From assembly GCF_009914755.1 (NCBI RefSeq), contig NC_060928.1: DNA of 64,000 bases; one strand, 5' to 3'. The DNA is from the human T2T-CHM13v2.0 reference genome, Homo sapiens. A program made the position numbers and the translations under genes. Below the pieces are notes generated by a model. The model was not told the DNA's origin, ran no database searches, and worked only from the letters and a program-made list of their open reading frames with translations. Below, piece by piece: positions 44,511 through 59,970 of the stretch. Within the stretch, counting starts at the first letter, position 1. Each line of letters opens with the position of its first letter.

Positions 44511-45799
44511 ATGACCGAATATAACAATATGAATAATAACAGGAGAATGATGAATTATTACAAAAACTATGTAACTGCATAGGAATGATTATGATATACT
44601 ATCAGTTGAAAACAAGTAGAAAATGAAAATATGATTAGAAAGCTAGATGATAATTAAAGGCAGGGCTTTCCCAGTAAAATTTACATAATGGATACAATTG
44701 AATGCAAAAGTCTCCTTAAAATGTCTTCGGAAAAAAAATCAGCCAATCAGAATTTCATATTTACTAGACTCTCAACTGCTAAGATTGAGATGGGGAATAG
44801 GGTGGGCTCAGTGGAGCTTAGACCCATGTTCAGGCTTATTCAGATATATGTTGGGTTTTTCTTTCTTTTTAAAAATGTTATTACAAATGAATAGTATCCT
44901 GGAGACTCTCAGAAGGCAGGGCAAGAGATTTGCAATATGTCAGAGAGACTCTGCCAAGGAGGGCAAGATATATAAACACTGGGAGCCAAGGAAACATTGT
45001 TTATTGCTGTGATGACTCCCATTCTCCCCCCAGACTGTGCAGGTTAGGATATGCATTTTTCCAAAATGATGGATGATTTAACAGAAAAAAAAAGGATCAA
45101 CCTAGAAACAGACAAATGAAAGTCAGGAGGGTCCAATTCCCAGAGCTTATTCCTCCAACGCTGCCCACAGGAGAGAAACTGAATCTGGGGGAGAGATGGC
45201 TTTAGGTCACTGGAGGTGTTAATAAGGCCTATGTGGAACCTGCCTCTATAAAGCTTCCCTTTGCTCTGACTCTGAACTCAACAAGCAACCCTCTGATACC
45301 CATTTAGATATCCTATGTTCCCTAATATTTGAAAGATGCTGTTCAAGATAGTAAACATGACTATTTCTATGTCTGTAAACTAATCCACTGATATGAGGAA
45401 TGAATGGTCAATGATAGTACATAGTACATGGTCTCCTTCACAATCATTAGAAAATAGATAGTCTGGTTATTAGGTCAGTCTCTTGTTTAGAAAGAACCCG
45501 TCATTAAGAGGCTGATTGCTCTTGGGTGACACTAATGAGACCATTTTTGGACCTACAAAGCTAAGGATCATACTCTGGACTCTGGTGATGCCAAAGTATT
45601 GACACCATGAGAAATCTGATCACAGCTGCTGACTACATTACTGACATCATACTGGCATACCCGCCATCTGCAACAAAAATCGTATAAAGCAGGCAAAATT
45701 GTCAAAATATTACAGAGTTATTAAAACTCTTATAATAAAAATTAAAACCACAAATGTATATACAAATATATGACAACAAAGGAAAACAAGGACAAGAAG

Positions 45800-46240
45800 T
45801 ATGCTGGATATTCTCTCATCTTCACCCTTCACCACCCTGTTCAATGCCCTTGGTGGATGACTTCCCCTGGCGACATCAACCATGCTCCCTAGTCCCCAGC
45901 TGCTGGTTGGGCACAGTCAATAAGGGGCAATCCAGAAGACTGGAGGACAGGAGGAGAGAAAGGTCAAGACATCCTATCCTCTCGTCCTCTCACTCTCTCC
46001 ATGCTGGCCCATGGTTGGGTTTCAAGTATATTCCCCAACTATGGTAGCAAACCCTGTCAGCCATTTCTCTTCTAGCTACAAGCTTTCACAGGGTTTTCAT
46101 AATAACTCCACCACTTTCCTAATGTAAGCCCAGAGGAACAACAGCTTGGCTTTCTGCTGTCAATGGTCCCTTTATTACACCTCTTTAATTACATCTTTGA
46201 AAATGCCATCTGTTTCCAACCAGAACCCTGTCTTGTACAA
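45800..46240 (+). mobile_element. LTR33-like ERVL LTR
   Basis: ...CTGGTTGGGCACAGTCAATAAGGGGCA...GGAGGAGAGAAAGGTCAAG...TGCCATCTGTTTCC...ACCCTG. Confidence 0.55.
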
Positions 46241-48164
46241 GAAGAGAGGATAACAATAAGGTTACTTTGTTCATATTATTTCAAGTATAAGAAATTCAGA
46301 TATCACACTTACCAGTTTTAGGGGGTACATCTAGGAGACAATGAAAGCAACACAAGATTTGAGCTTTTGAGAGCAAGCCTGTGCCTTGTTTCTTTCCATT
46401 CCTGGAGAGTCAGCAGAGAGTAATGTCAATAGCATAGACTCTGGAACCAAGTAGACCAGGTTCAAGTCTTCGCTCTGCCACTGACCTTAGGCATGTTATT
46501 TAACCCAGTTTCCATGTCTGTAAAATGGAGATAATAATAGAATTGAAGGGGTTAATACATAATGCACTTTGAATAATGCTGTGGGTATGTTTGCTGTTGT
46601 TTTCCCCAGCACCAATACAGTATCTAGTCATAGGTGCTCCACAAATTCTTAGTTATCACTAAATTCTATTGGACATAAGGCACATGAAATAAAGATAATT
46701 AATTTCTTTATTATGCTTATCCCCAGAAACTCCTGAAAGTACTAAATATAGGAATAAAAGAAGCAATTGCTCTTTGGTTGGGGCCAGTAGACTTTTGGTT
46801 AATGAACTTGCAGAATGCAAGTCACATTGGCATTAGAAGAAAAATTTTTAAAGGAGAAAGTATGTCTTGCCATGAAAGTCTCTGTTTAATAGGAGTCTCT
46901 GGAGCATCTTAGCCAATTATGAGTTTTATACTGAAAAAAACAGATGTTTCCTTCCTTCCTGATCTATCATCCATAGCCCTACTGTGTCTTTTAGTTCACA
47001 GAAGTTAAAAGGAATTATCGTCTGTTGTCATGGTGTTTTTAAGAACTCGTGAAAATAGACTCCAGTCTTCTCCCCCTCTCTACCCTTTCCCTCTCATTTT
47101 TCCCCATCTGTATAGTCTAAGGTAACCCTAATTTCCAGTTTGTCTTTCCCAGGGGATTTGAACATACCACCTTTATAATTCTAATATCAAACAGAAAAAA
47201 ACCCCTAATATTATCTATATGGACCCCCAATTCCATGTAAATCAAATATTTGGTTCAATTTATACCACAGAAATACTATATGAAAATATTGGGGGAGGAG
47301 GGGTTATAAAGCAAGTACAGAATGTCAATTTATTTTTGGAATGGAAAAATATACCTGAAATTCTATTAAAAATGGTCATCAAGTTTTAAAGCTTTACTTT
47401 TCTTTATTCAAGTACTCAAAATAATGAGAAAGATAAAGGGGGTTCTTAAGTGGAAATCATATACAAATAAAAATTACATAGAATTTGGCAGTGTAGGATA
47501 TTTGTGTTGTATATAATCTCTATACACAAACTGTATAATCAAACTATTTAATCTTTTGTATTCCATGAAGCTAATCCTTCTCCAGGTGAAGTGCAGCCAT
47601 CCAAGTGTGGACAATTTCCAGGCTGTAACTCTGCTAACAACCTTTCATGAAAATTGGCAAGATTTATACCCATCTAGTTCAGTGTCATCATCGACCTAAT
47701 TCTTGCAGCCAGTAGCAATCATTCTTTAAATTTCATAATCTTATCTTATATATATATATGTATATCCATAGAACAACTTTTATTCAGTTTGCTGTTTGTC
47801 TATTAATGCTATTTACATGGTTTTATCAATCATTTCCACTGTAGTTGCTTCTTCTTATAATAACTTTGATCTTTTTTGGATCTGAGTACATAGTTGAGTG
47901 ATATACTTCCAAGTTCACGGTATGCAATCATTATGATTCCCTGAAAGGACTGTCTCTTGTTTTATTTTATAGATCATTTTTCTCCTTGAAAACAAAAAAT
48001 TTGTCCCATTCCCAATTTCTTTTCTCATAGGCACACTCTCTACTTTTAAAATATATTTTATAATGAGACATTTGTAAAAAAGAATATATGCTAATATTCT
48101 ATATGTTTATGTGTTTTTAAATTCCATAAATGGCATTGGATTATAGGTCTCACTCAGCTCCATT

Positions 48165-48465
48165 CTTTATTTTTTCCTCCTTTGAGACAGAGTCTTTCTG
48201 TGTAGCCCAGACTGTGGTGCAGGGGCATGACCACAGCTCACTGCAGCCTCGACATCCCAAGCTCAAGTGATCCTCCCACTTCAGCCTCCCAAGTAGATGG
48301 GACCATAGGTGTGTGCACCATGCCTGATTAATTTTTGAATTTTTTTGTAGAAATAGGGTCCTACTATGTTGTTGGGGCTAGTCTCGAACTCCTGGGCTCA
48401 AGCAATCCTCCCACCTCAGCCTCCCAAAGTGCTTGGATTATGGACTTGAGCTACCATACCTGGCC
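48165..48465 (-). mobile_element. AluJ, followed by old antisense L1M (about 48480-49260)
   Basis: CAGCTCACTGCAGCCTCGAC...GCTCAAGTGATCCTCCCAC (J-type). Confidence 0.85.
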
Positions 48466-50388
48466 CTTCTGTTCTTTTTTTCACTCAGTTTGGTTTTTAA
48501 GATCTACCTATGTAGCTATATATATACTTTATCATTTTTAACTGCTACCTCATATTTTTAGTATGCATCCACCCTATTTTACCTCTCCATTCTTCCTCCA
48601 TTCTACAAAATGGACATGTACGTTGACTCTAATTCCCTGTATCATGGACAATTCTGTAATAAACATCCTCTATATATCCCCTTATGTATCTATGCAAGAG
48701 TTTCTCTTGGGTAGATCCGAGACCAGAATGTAGGATCACTATGCATATTTAATCTCACTAAGAAGTGCCAGAATGTTCTGTACTACTTTATATTCTCACA
48801 GGGAGTACCTGAAAGTTTCTGTTTCTCCACATTCTCACCAACGTTTGATGTTATCCTGCTTTCTACTTTTTGCAAATTTAATGAGTATAAAGTGATATCT
48901 TATTGTTTAATTTGCATTTCTCTGATCACTACTGAGGTTGTCTCTTTTACTTTTAGGGGACTTCAGAAAAGGAAAAAACCCAAATGGCTATTCAAATCCT
49001 TTTCCTGTTTTCTCTTTGGTTTTCTTGTCTTTGTTTTGTTAATTTTCTCTTCTTATATGTTTAGATATTAACTCCTTGAGAGTTTTGGATATTACAAATA
49101 TCTTCACCCAATCAGTTGTCTATTAACTTTGTGATGTCCTTCATGGAACAGTTGATAAGTTCAATTCTATCAACATTTACCCTACAGTCTGTTTTTGAGC
49201 TCTTGTTTTAAAAGACTTGTATTCCAAAAAATACAAAAATATTATCCTATGCTTTCAACTATTAGCTCTGCACCAGGACTCAGCTACGTTTATTATTCTA
49301 TCTTAATTTCTCAGCTTCATTGACTTCCCTTCTACTTCTGTGGCTTTTCTGGGGTTGGATTTAAGTAAGGAGGCAATTTTTCTGGTTATTTTGCTGTCTT
49401 TATTGAAATGGAAAGGGGAAATCTTTTGTAAGTTTAAATGCAGAATAAAACCTATTTTATAGATCTAAATCTGGCAAAAGTTTGTCCATATTCCTTGAGA
49501 ATGGGCTGGTTATTAAACACAAGTCCAGCCACAAAGAGTCCTGTTAATACTATTTGCAAAAATAAAGCTACCTTCAGGGACATTCAATGTAATTAGGAAT
49601 GCTCCCATTAATAGATATAGCAAACCCATTACTAAAAATGCCCTACTAAAGTCTCATAAGAAAACCTTTGAGAATGAACATGAGAAGAGGCTCCCCCTAT
49701 GACCCTCCATGAAAAGCAAGAGAAACAAGGGAACTAGAGCTCCCGGGTTACACGGTTTCCCCACATAGTGTAGTGTAGGTAGCAAGTGGGAGCTGAATTG
49801 TGGTTAGTCATTAGCTGGAAGGTGGGTCAAAAAAGAGTGAGAGTGAAGAAGAAATTGAACAGGCCTCACCAGCAAGATGGTGAGCAAAACATGGATATAA
49901 AATAGAGCAGGAGAGAGATTTTAGTGGCTAAGCAGATGTAGACTTTCAGAGAATGGAAAGAATATTTAGAGAGACAAACTAGAAGGCCTGTATTTGGTAT
50001 GCTGCATAAAATCCCACATTAAAGGTCTATATTATTCCTCAAGACACCTGGAGTCATATTTGTGTTTTCATTTCCTATGACTCTGTGCAGAGGCTAGGCC
50101 ACTGGGCCTTGGCTTTTATTCAGAACATGGGTAAATAAATCCTCCGTCCAGGTGCAAATTAGTTTTATTCTCTCTGCTTTTCTTACTCATTGAGTCCTGA
50201 GTATCTCATGTGTATCCTTTAACATAGCATTTGTCAAAGTAGGGTTAGCAATTATAAGGGTGTTCTGTAGTCAAATAAGTTTGGGATATGCAGGATTGTA
50301 CAGTTTTAACATGAGTTCTCTGCAGGATTTCTTGGAGCCTTTAATATGCAAATGTGTGCTATGATTCCTCAAGAAAGAGACATGGTAT

Positions 50389-51110
50389 TGTCACCAGTGG
50401 CAAATCTGTATGGGCTGCAGCAATTGGATCCTTGCCTCCTTGGAGGAAAGAATTTGACCGAGGGGCAGAAGTTGGTTTAAGGCAGAGGGAGAGACTGAGG
50501 CAAGTTTTAGAACAGGAGTCAATGTTTATTAAGTTTTAGAACACGAACGAAAGGAAATAAAGTACACTTGGAAGAAGACCAAGTGGGCAACTTGAGAGAT
50601 CCATGTGCCCTGTTCAGCCCTTGACTTGGGGTTTTTTATACATTGGAATGGTTTCCAGGTTTCCGTTTCTCCTCCCTTGATTTTTCCCTTGGGGAGGGTT
50701 GTCTTCATGTGCAGTGGCCTGCCAGCACTTGGGAGGGGCCGCATGCACAGTGTGTTTACCGAAGCTGTGCACATGCTCACTTGAGGCATTCTTCCCTTAC
50801 CAGCGGGGCATTCCTAGAGGAAGGACGTATACTGGTTAAACTCCGCCATTTTGCCTCTTAGTGCGCATGCTTGAACCTGCTCGACCCTGCTCGCCCAACT
50901 CCTGAGATCTGATTATGAAGCTGCTAATCACCACCTTCAGGTATTTTCTATCTATTGGGCGACTGCCTTACCCCTGGAGCTGGCTGCAACCAATTATTAT
51001 TTTAGAGAGACTGTTAACAACCGCCTGACCGTCACCTGATGGTCGCCTGACATTCCTGATGGGGGCCCTCTTCTGCTTTGCTCATGTGTGCCTAGCTACC
51101 TGCTCTAACA
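50389..51110 (-). mobile_element. MER50-like solo ERV1 LTR inserted in an older hAT-type MER (about 50220-51200)
   Basis: Minus strand starts TGTTAGAGCAGGTAGCTAGGCACACATGAGC; TG...CA termini; imperfect TSD GTAT/ATAT; AATAAA at 50530-50525. Confidence 0.8.
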
Positions 51111-52858
51111 ATATGCTACACTTCTCAAATTTGACCACAAAATCCTTTTACTTGGGGCATCTCAGGATACTAATATTCCATGGAGCAAACTCTAGGAAAT
51201 ATCCTGATGGATTGCCTAGCTTTGAGTTAGAATGGGGACTTAACAGATATGGTCAAGGACAATATTTTTTGCAGTTTTTCTGAAACAGCATCTTGCAAGA
51301 TGCATTCTTTATAATATTACAGCAATTGCTTTATTCATGAATGTATCTGTGTCATTTCTGTCAATATGCATGAGTAAATCCAACTAAGTAGTTTATTCTA
51401 AAACCTCTTGTATTGTTCTCCCTTTGTGACACTTCATGTGGTTAGTCTTGTTTTCCTAAGAGCATGTATCCTCCACAGGGTAAGAATCATGCCTATACCT
51501 TTCCTGAATAATGCCATGACACATGGTACAGTGCTAGATGCAAAATCAAGATCCAATAGTTGCCACTTGATTGGAAAAACACAGCAGAAGCAGACTTTTA
51601 TAAACTTCCCTTATATTTGGATTTGATAACATGACGTCTAAGTATTTTTATGCTTTAATTATCACCCTGTGCCCTTTTTTCTCTTTCCTTTTTTAGCACT
51701 AATTATTCCCCAAAAGGAAAATGGGGAAAATAAATCCAAGCAAAGCAGCCCTGAAAACTTTTTTGTTTGTTCCAATTTTAAGGATATATCATTGACTAAC
51801 GACTTAAAACTATGTCAACTAGTCTTTTGCTTGATTTCCACCCAGTTTATTCATTAGTTGACCAACATTTTTGCTCCTACTCTTTCATGGCTGTGTTTTT
51901 CTTAAATGCAAAACACAGTATTTTTTAGAACTTTTCTTTGCTTTTCAAGTCAGGAAAAATTTCCCTACCATCTCATTCCAAAAGCACTTGGCAGGTAAAC
52001 TCTGTTATATCCTTATGTATGCAGGTCCTTAGCTAAGTATAATGGCATTTTGCCAAGTAAACAATTTACAGTCTATTATTTCCACTGGAAAGCCCCCTTT
52101 CAAATTGAAGAATTTCACAATAAAAAAAAAAGGCCACTGGTCAGAGAACCCCCAAGTTGTTCTTAGCATTGGTATTTGGGGTTTACAACTTAATGGGGTT
52201 GCATTCATATGGTCAGGTTGATACCAACACATCAAATTTACAATAGAAATTTTAGGACAAAGTAGTTCTGTCAACAGTACCATTGTTCCCCCTTCCCTTG
52301 TCTTCCCCATCTCCTTCATCTTTAAAATTATTTACCCCTCTGTATGGACCTCTCCAGACTCCACCCTTGCTATCCTCTCGGCTTTATCCACACCCCTGAA
52401 CTTTTATCATTGCTTCTTCTTATCAACACTGCTTGCTGGCTTCTTTCAAGATTTCTTTCCAAACTCCATTAACTGCTACATACTTCTTCTTTCTTCTCAA
52501 ATCTCTCCATTAGTGGATTTCCCTTCTCCCAACCTAAAACCAAGCCAAGAGATGTGGTTGGCATACTTTTCACTGAAGCTTCCAGACCTTAGTTCCAATA
52601 CGTCTTATCAAGAATCCCATTTTCTCTGCCCATACAGAATTCTCTCGACATTTCTACAGTTGCCATCCATTAGCCTCCAGGGCCATTCCTCACCCTCCTA
52701 AGTGTCAAGCTTGCTGTTTTCATTTCTATCACATTCCCTTCCACCCTGTTGTTGGAGCACAATATCAAAGTTGGCCATCCATCTAACATCCTGTCGTCCC
52801 AACTTCAGACCTTCCCTCTTCTCTGACTTTCTAATCCACTTCCCCTGGATGCCTTCCC

Positions 52859-52859
<1 letters not shown>

Positions 52860-52890
<31 letters not shown>
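52860..52890. repeat. (CA)n microsatellite
   Basis: About 15 CA units. Confidence 0.95.
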
Positions 52891-52892
<2 letters not shown>

Positions 52893-52899
52893 CATGCCA

Positions 52900-53039
52900 T
52901 ACAAGATCTCAGACCTATTCAACACTCAATATAAAGCAGTATGTTTGTGTTTTGATTTGCCTTACCCCCAATGATATTTATGTTGAGCATATTGAATGCT
53001 TATCCTATATTGAGTGTTGAATAGGTCTAAGATCTTGTA
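52900..53039. repeat. 34-bp inverted repeat with 72-bp spacer
   Basis: 52900-52933 is the reverse complement of 53006-53039 at 33/34 positions. Confidence 0.95.
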
Positions 53040-53639
53040 ATGATCAATCGAACAAAGTGGAGTGAGTAGGAGTGACACTATAAACTGGCTTAATGTTTAG
53101 TTTCATACAACTGCCTTTGACACCATTGAGCTTGTTCAGTCTTCCCCATCCATGAATAAAATTTCAGGCAGTTCTCATGGTTTTTCTAATTACTCTCAGG
53201 TGTTAATAAGTATTTAGCTTTGGTTTTGTAAACAGTTCACTTACATTAAATCAAAACTTCACTATCTCAGTCCATTCAAGCATTCGCTTCCCCCACAGTT
53301 TGGGCTACTTCTCCCTACCTCCCCCTCCTGTTACTGGCTAATTAGCCACTCATTCTGGCCCCCAGGGAAGGTGAAGGGCGTGAAAGGAGAAGATTCACAG
53401 AAAAGTAGAAGTCTCATAACACTAGTGCCAGTGAAATCTCTCTGTTGGATGCCCAAATTCTGGCTTTTCTTCTCTTTAGTTCTTCTGTGGGTTTGTAGGG
53501 GTTCTGTCAACATTCCTTTTGTGATGTCTTCTCCTGATGGCTATGAATGACACAGATCTCAGTCCCTGGCATCTGGTGGTCTCTGTCTGACCTCCTCACC
53601 CTTCCCAGCAGGCCTGTTTTGCAAAGTCCCTTTAAGACA

Positions 53640-56435
<2,796 letters not shown>

Positions 56436-56851
56436 GAAGAATGAGGAGAGGAAGGAAGGCAAGGAGGAGGAGAACAGTTACTACATCAGGTCCATGTCAC
56501 TGCCACTGTGGCCCTCTTTCCCTACTCTAACCAGCCACCGCTAAAGAGGCTTTATTTTTTTCAGGAACCAGTCCTTGTGTCATCCAAATTTCAGAAAAGC
56601 ATGCAATATAAACTCAAAGTGATTCTTTTCAAGTCTTCCTCACTTGTCTTCAGTTTGGGGATGGGGAACACATCTCCCTACATTCCCCCACAGAGATGAA
56701 CTACACTAATTCTCCAAAGGAATCCTTACTGTGTCTGAGAAATCATTTATTCTTAGCCTTCTCTTAAGCTGATGATGAATTCGTGGGAGAATTGGATTGG
56801 AACCACCCTCTTTACAAATCCTTCATAGATAGTGTAAAGCTTGGCTAAACC

Positions 56852-57070
56852 AGGGCTCAGTAAACTTTTTGTATAAAGAGGCAGATGGTAAAGATTTTAG
56901 TCTTTGTGGTCCATATAGTCTCTGCTGCAACTACTCAATTCTGCCATTGTAGTATGAAAGCAATTAGCGAGAAAACAAATGAATAAGCTCAGCTGTGGTC
57001 CAATAAAAGTTTAATTACTAAAACAAATGATAACTGAATTGGGTCCATGGGCCTCTTTAGCTTGCTTGCT
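56852..57070. mobile_element. MER58A-like hAT-Charlie MITE
   Basis: CAGGGCTCAGTAAACTTTTT...CATATAGTCTCTGCTGCAACTACTCAATTCTGCCATTGTAG...CCAATAAAAGTTT. Confidence 0.75.
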
Positions 57071-57689
57071 CTAGAGTCACTTGGAGGAGTTTAGGCAGTG
57101 AAGGCGAGGGTACTTGGCACTTTTTGTTTCAACTGGAAGAGCCCCTTTTAACATTCTGTTAGAGTATCAGGTAATGAAAATCCTCTCTCCAACCAAACTC
57201 TCCCGTCCAGCACTCCCAAAGTTCTCACCAACCCGGAGCTTCTCCTTACTCTCATACCCTCCTGTTCACCTGATTAGTTAACTGTTTTAATTTCAGTCAT
57301 TTCCTCACACCCTGGACCACAGCTCAGCTTGGCCATGCCTTTTTCCTAGATTCACTTACCTCCTGACCTTCTCCAGGCTTCCCAACAATCAGAAAATCTA
57401 GATATGTGGGACTTTTTCTGCTCCTGGACTGCCAGGAGGTACCAGGGCAATCTCACAATCATAGTAAGTTGTTTGACTGCACAGTTAACCCTCAGCAGGC
57501 TTTATTCATCCAGCATTGACTTCTTAGCCAACTTTGGCCAATCGAAAGCTTTTCATATCCAATCAAACCTCTAATTATTTTTCTGTAACTTTCAACCAGT
57601 ACTCTTAACCTCTGTTTTGCAGAGATGGTAAAGACCACTTTAATAAACTCTCCAACTTAAAAGTGCTCTACATCTTAATCTATACTTGT

Positions 57690-58128
57690 ACAATCTATTA
57701 CAGTAGCCACCAGCTACATGTAGCTATTAAGAACTTGCAAAATGTCTAGTGTTAACTAAGGAAGTAAATTTTTAAAATTTTACTTAATTCTAGTTCATTT
57801 AAACGTAAAAACTTAAGCAGAATAAAACACTTTCTGCTAAACACAACTTTTTTGTTTTCCTTTGACTGCTTCTTCATCTTAATCATTAAAAATTTAGTAT
57901 CCAAATTAAGATATGCTTTAAATGTAAAATATGCACTGAATTTCAAAGACTTAGAGAAAAAATATTTCATTAATATTTTTATATTGATTACCTGTCAAAA
58001 TAATATTTTCAATATATTAACCTATATATTTGAAAATTAGTTTCACCTGTTTCCTCTTTTTCATGTGGCTACTAGAAAATTTAAAATTACATATATGGCT
58101 CACATTATATTTCTGTTGGACAGTGCTG
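57690..58128. mobile_element. Charlie1/MER33-type DNA transposon relic
   Basis: GTAGCCACCAGCTACATGTAGCTATT... ending TTTCTGTTGGACAGTGCTG. Confidence 0.7.
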
Positions 58129-59399
58129 GTCTATACTCTCCTCAATTCTTCCTGTATCAGAATAAGGAACCTTATTTTTTTTCTTCAGTGCCATCTCATA
58201 CAGAATTTATGAATCCCGAGTCCATTTATCTTTTAGAATGCCAGATAAAATTTATTTTCCCAATTATCCCAAGCCATTCTCTTTCTAGTTCATTTTTTAT
58301 TAACCAAATATCAGGGTAGAACAAAGGATGTGTGGTAGCAAGTCCTCCTAAGATTTCCAGGAGGCATGAAGAAAATGATTCAAAGTCACTTTAGGTATCT
58401 CAAATCTAAGGGGTGAAACCCCAAAAGGAATTTCTTCCTTACCCAGGAAATTAGAGACCAAGAATAGAATAGCCCATTCCCAGAGAAAAAATAGAGGATA
58501 CTCAACAGATTTGCATTAGCACCGCTGCTAGTTATATAAGTAATATAAAGAGTTTGATCTGAAATTGGATACAGACTAGGTTCCTAAAAACAGTCTAAGA
58601 AAGTCTGCTAAGTCGGAATTTGGGAAATGAGGCTACATGAAATTTCAGTGAAGACAAACAACTATTCATGTTGTGGGGAGGAGGGAATTTTGCTCTTTGT
58701 TGTTGTTAATACTATTTTATTGATTCTGCATAATTGCTAACAATAAAAAGGAAAGGAGGAATTATAAGTGCGTCTCCTCCTTTAAAGAGTTAGCGTGAAA
58801 GGAAATTATGTTTCTCTCTTCCTGAGCCTCACTGGGAGCTAAACCCAGCTTCCAAGTGGAAGTGGAGGCCAACAGTTCAAATCCCTGGAATTTCCAGGAA
58901 AAAAACAAAACAAAAACAAAAAAACGCCAACCATTTCAGAGGCCCAGCTTGGTAATTGCGAGTTCTTTATTCCTTGACAAAGAAAGAATAGGTCTGAGGA
59001 ATCCATATTTTACAATCATTATCCCCATGTTTTTTGAAAACAAGCACCAGCAACTTATTTCACCTCTGAGTTTCATCTTTTTCATCTTTGAATGTACTTC
59101 AGTGGGGAAAAATTCCTGTATTGATCTATGGTTTCAACCTATAGTTACTGATAAACTTTTTGTATGGGGAGAGCTTGTTGATAGCCTGTGTTTCGAATTT
59201 GAGATCTCTCTGTGTAGACCTTTTTTGGTATTTCTGAGTAGAGATGAGAGAGAAAGAAAGAGTTTGTGTGTGAACACTTGTGCATGTGTGCATACCTCTG
59301 TATGACTGGTGCAGAAAGTAATGCCGGAATAAAATTAAAACAAAACTGGAATTTCAGAGTAATTTGAGTTCCTCCCCAAAATGGATGAATCTGACTTTC

Positions 59400-59970
59400 T
59401 TCCAGTATGGAAAAGGAGGAAAGGGGTAACTTTACATGGGAAAAATCTGATAAGATCTATTTGAGGCAGGTGGTCAAGGTCAATATCAATAGTGGTAAAT
59501 AATGTTCAGAGTATGTACCCATGATGTGATGCGATGAAAACTGCCCTTTTCTTCTGTGATCTTCCTTCCAAAAACCCATAATGCCAGGATAATCATGAGA
59601 AAAACCCCAAATGAGGCACATTCTAAACATGCCTAACCCTATTCCTCAAAACTGTAAAGATCAAAAACAAAGTTTAATAAATTGTCACAGCCAAAAGGAG
59701 CCTAAGCAGATAAGACAACTACATATAACGTGGTGTCATGAATGGGATCCTGGACCAGAAAAACATGGCTTAGGTTTTTTAAAAAAAAAAAAAAACAAAC
59801 AAAATCTGAATACATTATGGATTTCAGCTAATAATAATGCATCAATTTTGGTTCATTAATGAATATATCATACTAATATAACATATTTATAATAGGGAAA
59901 CTTGTTATGGGGTATATGGGAACTATATGTACTAACATTGTCCTAAAACTAAAAGTTTATAAAAAATAAG
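59400..59970 (+). mobile_element. L1MC/MD-type 3' UTR fragment
   Basis: GGTGGTCAAGGTCAATATCAATAGTG...GGGATCCTGGACCAGAAAA...ATGGGAACTATATGTACT...AAAGTTTAT. Confidence 0.65.

Noticed and set aside
47570-47600. CTAAT-polypyrimidine-CAG acceptor-like site (similar one on the minus strand near 45668)
   Set aside because: No convincing paired donor or ORF; isolated splice-like words are frequent.
58856-59305. 149-aa ORF in non-repeat sequence
   Set aside because: GTG start, runs through A-rich and dinucleotide low-complexity tracts, no recognisable domain.
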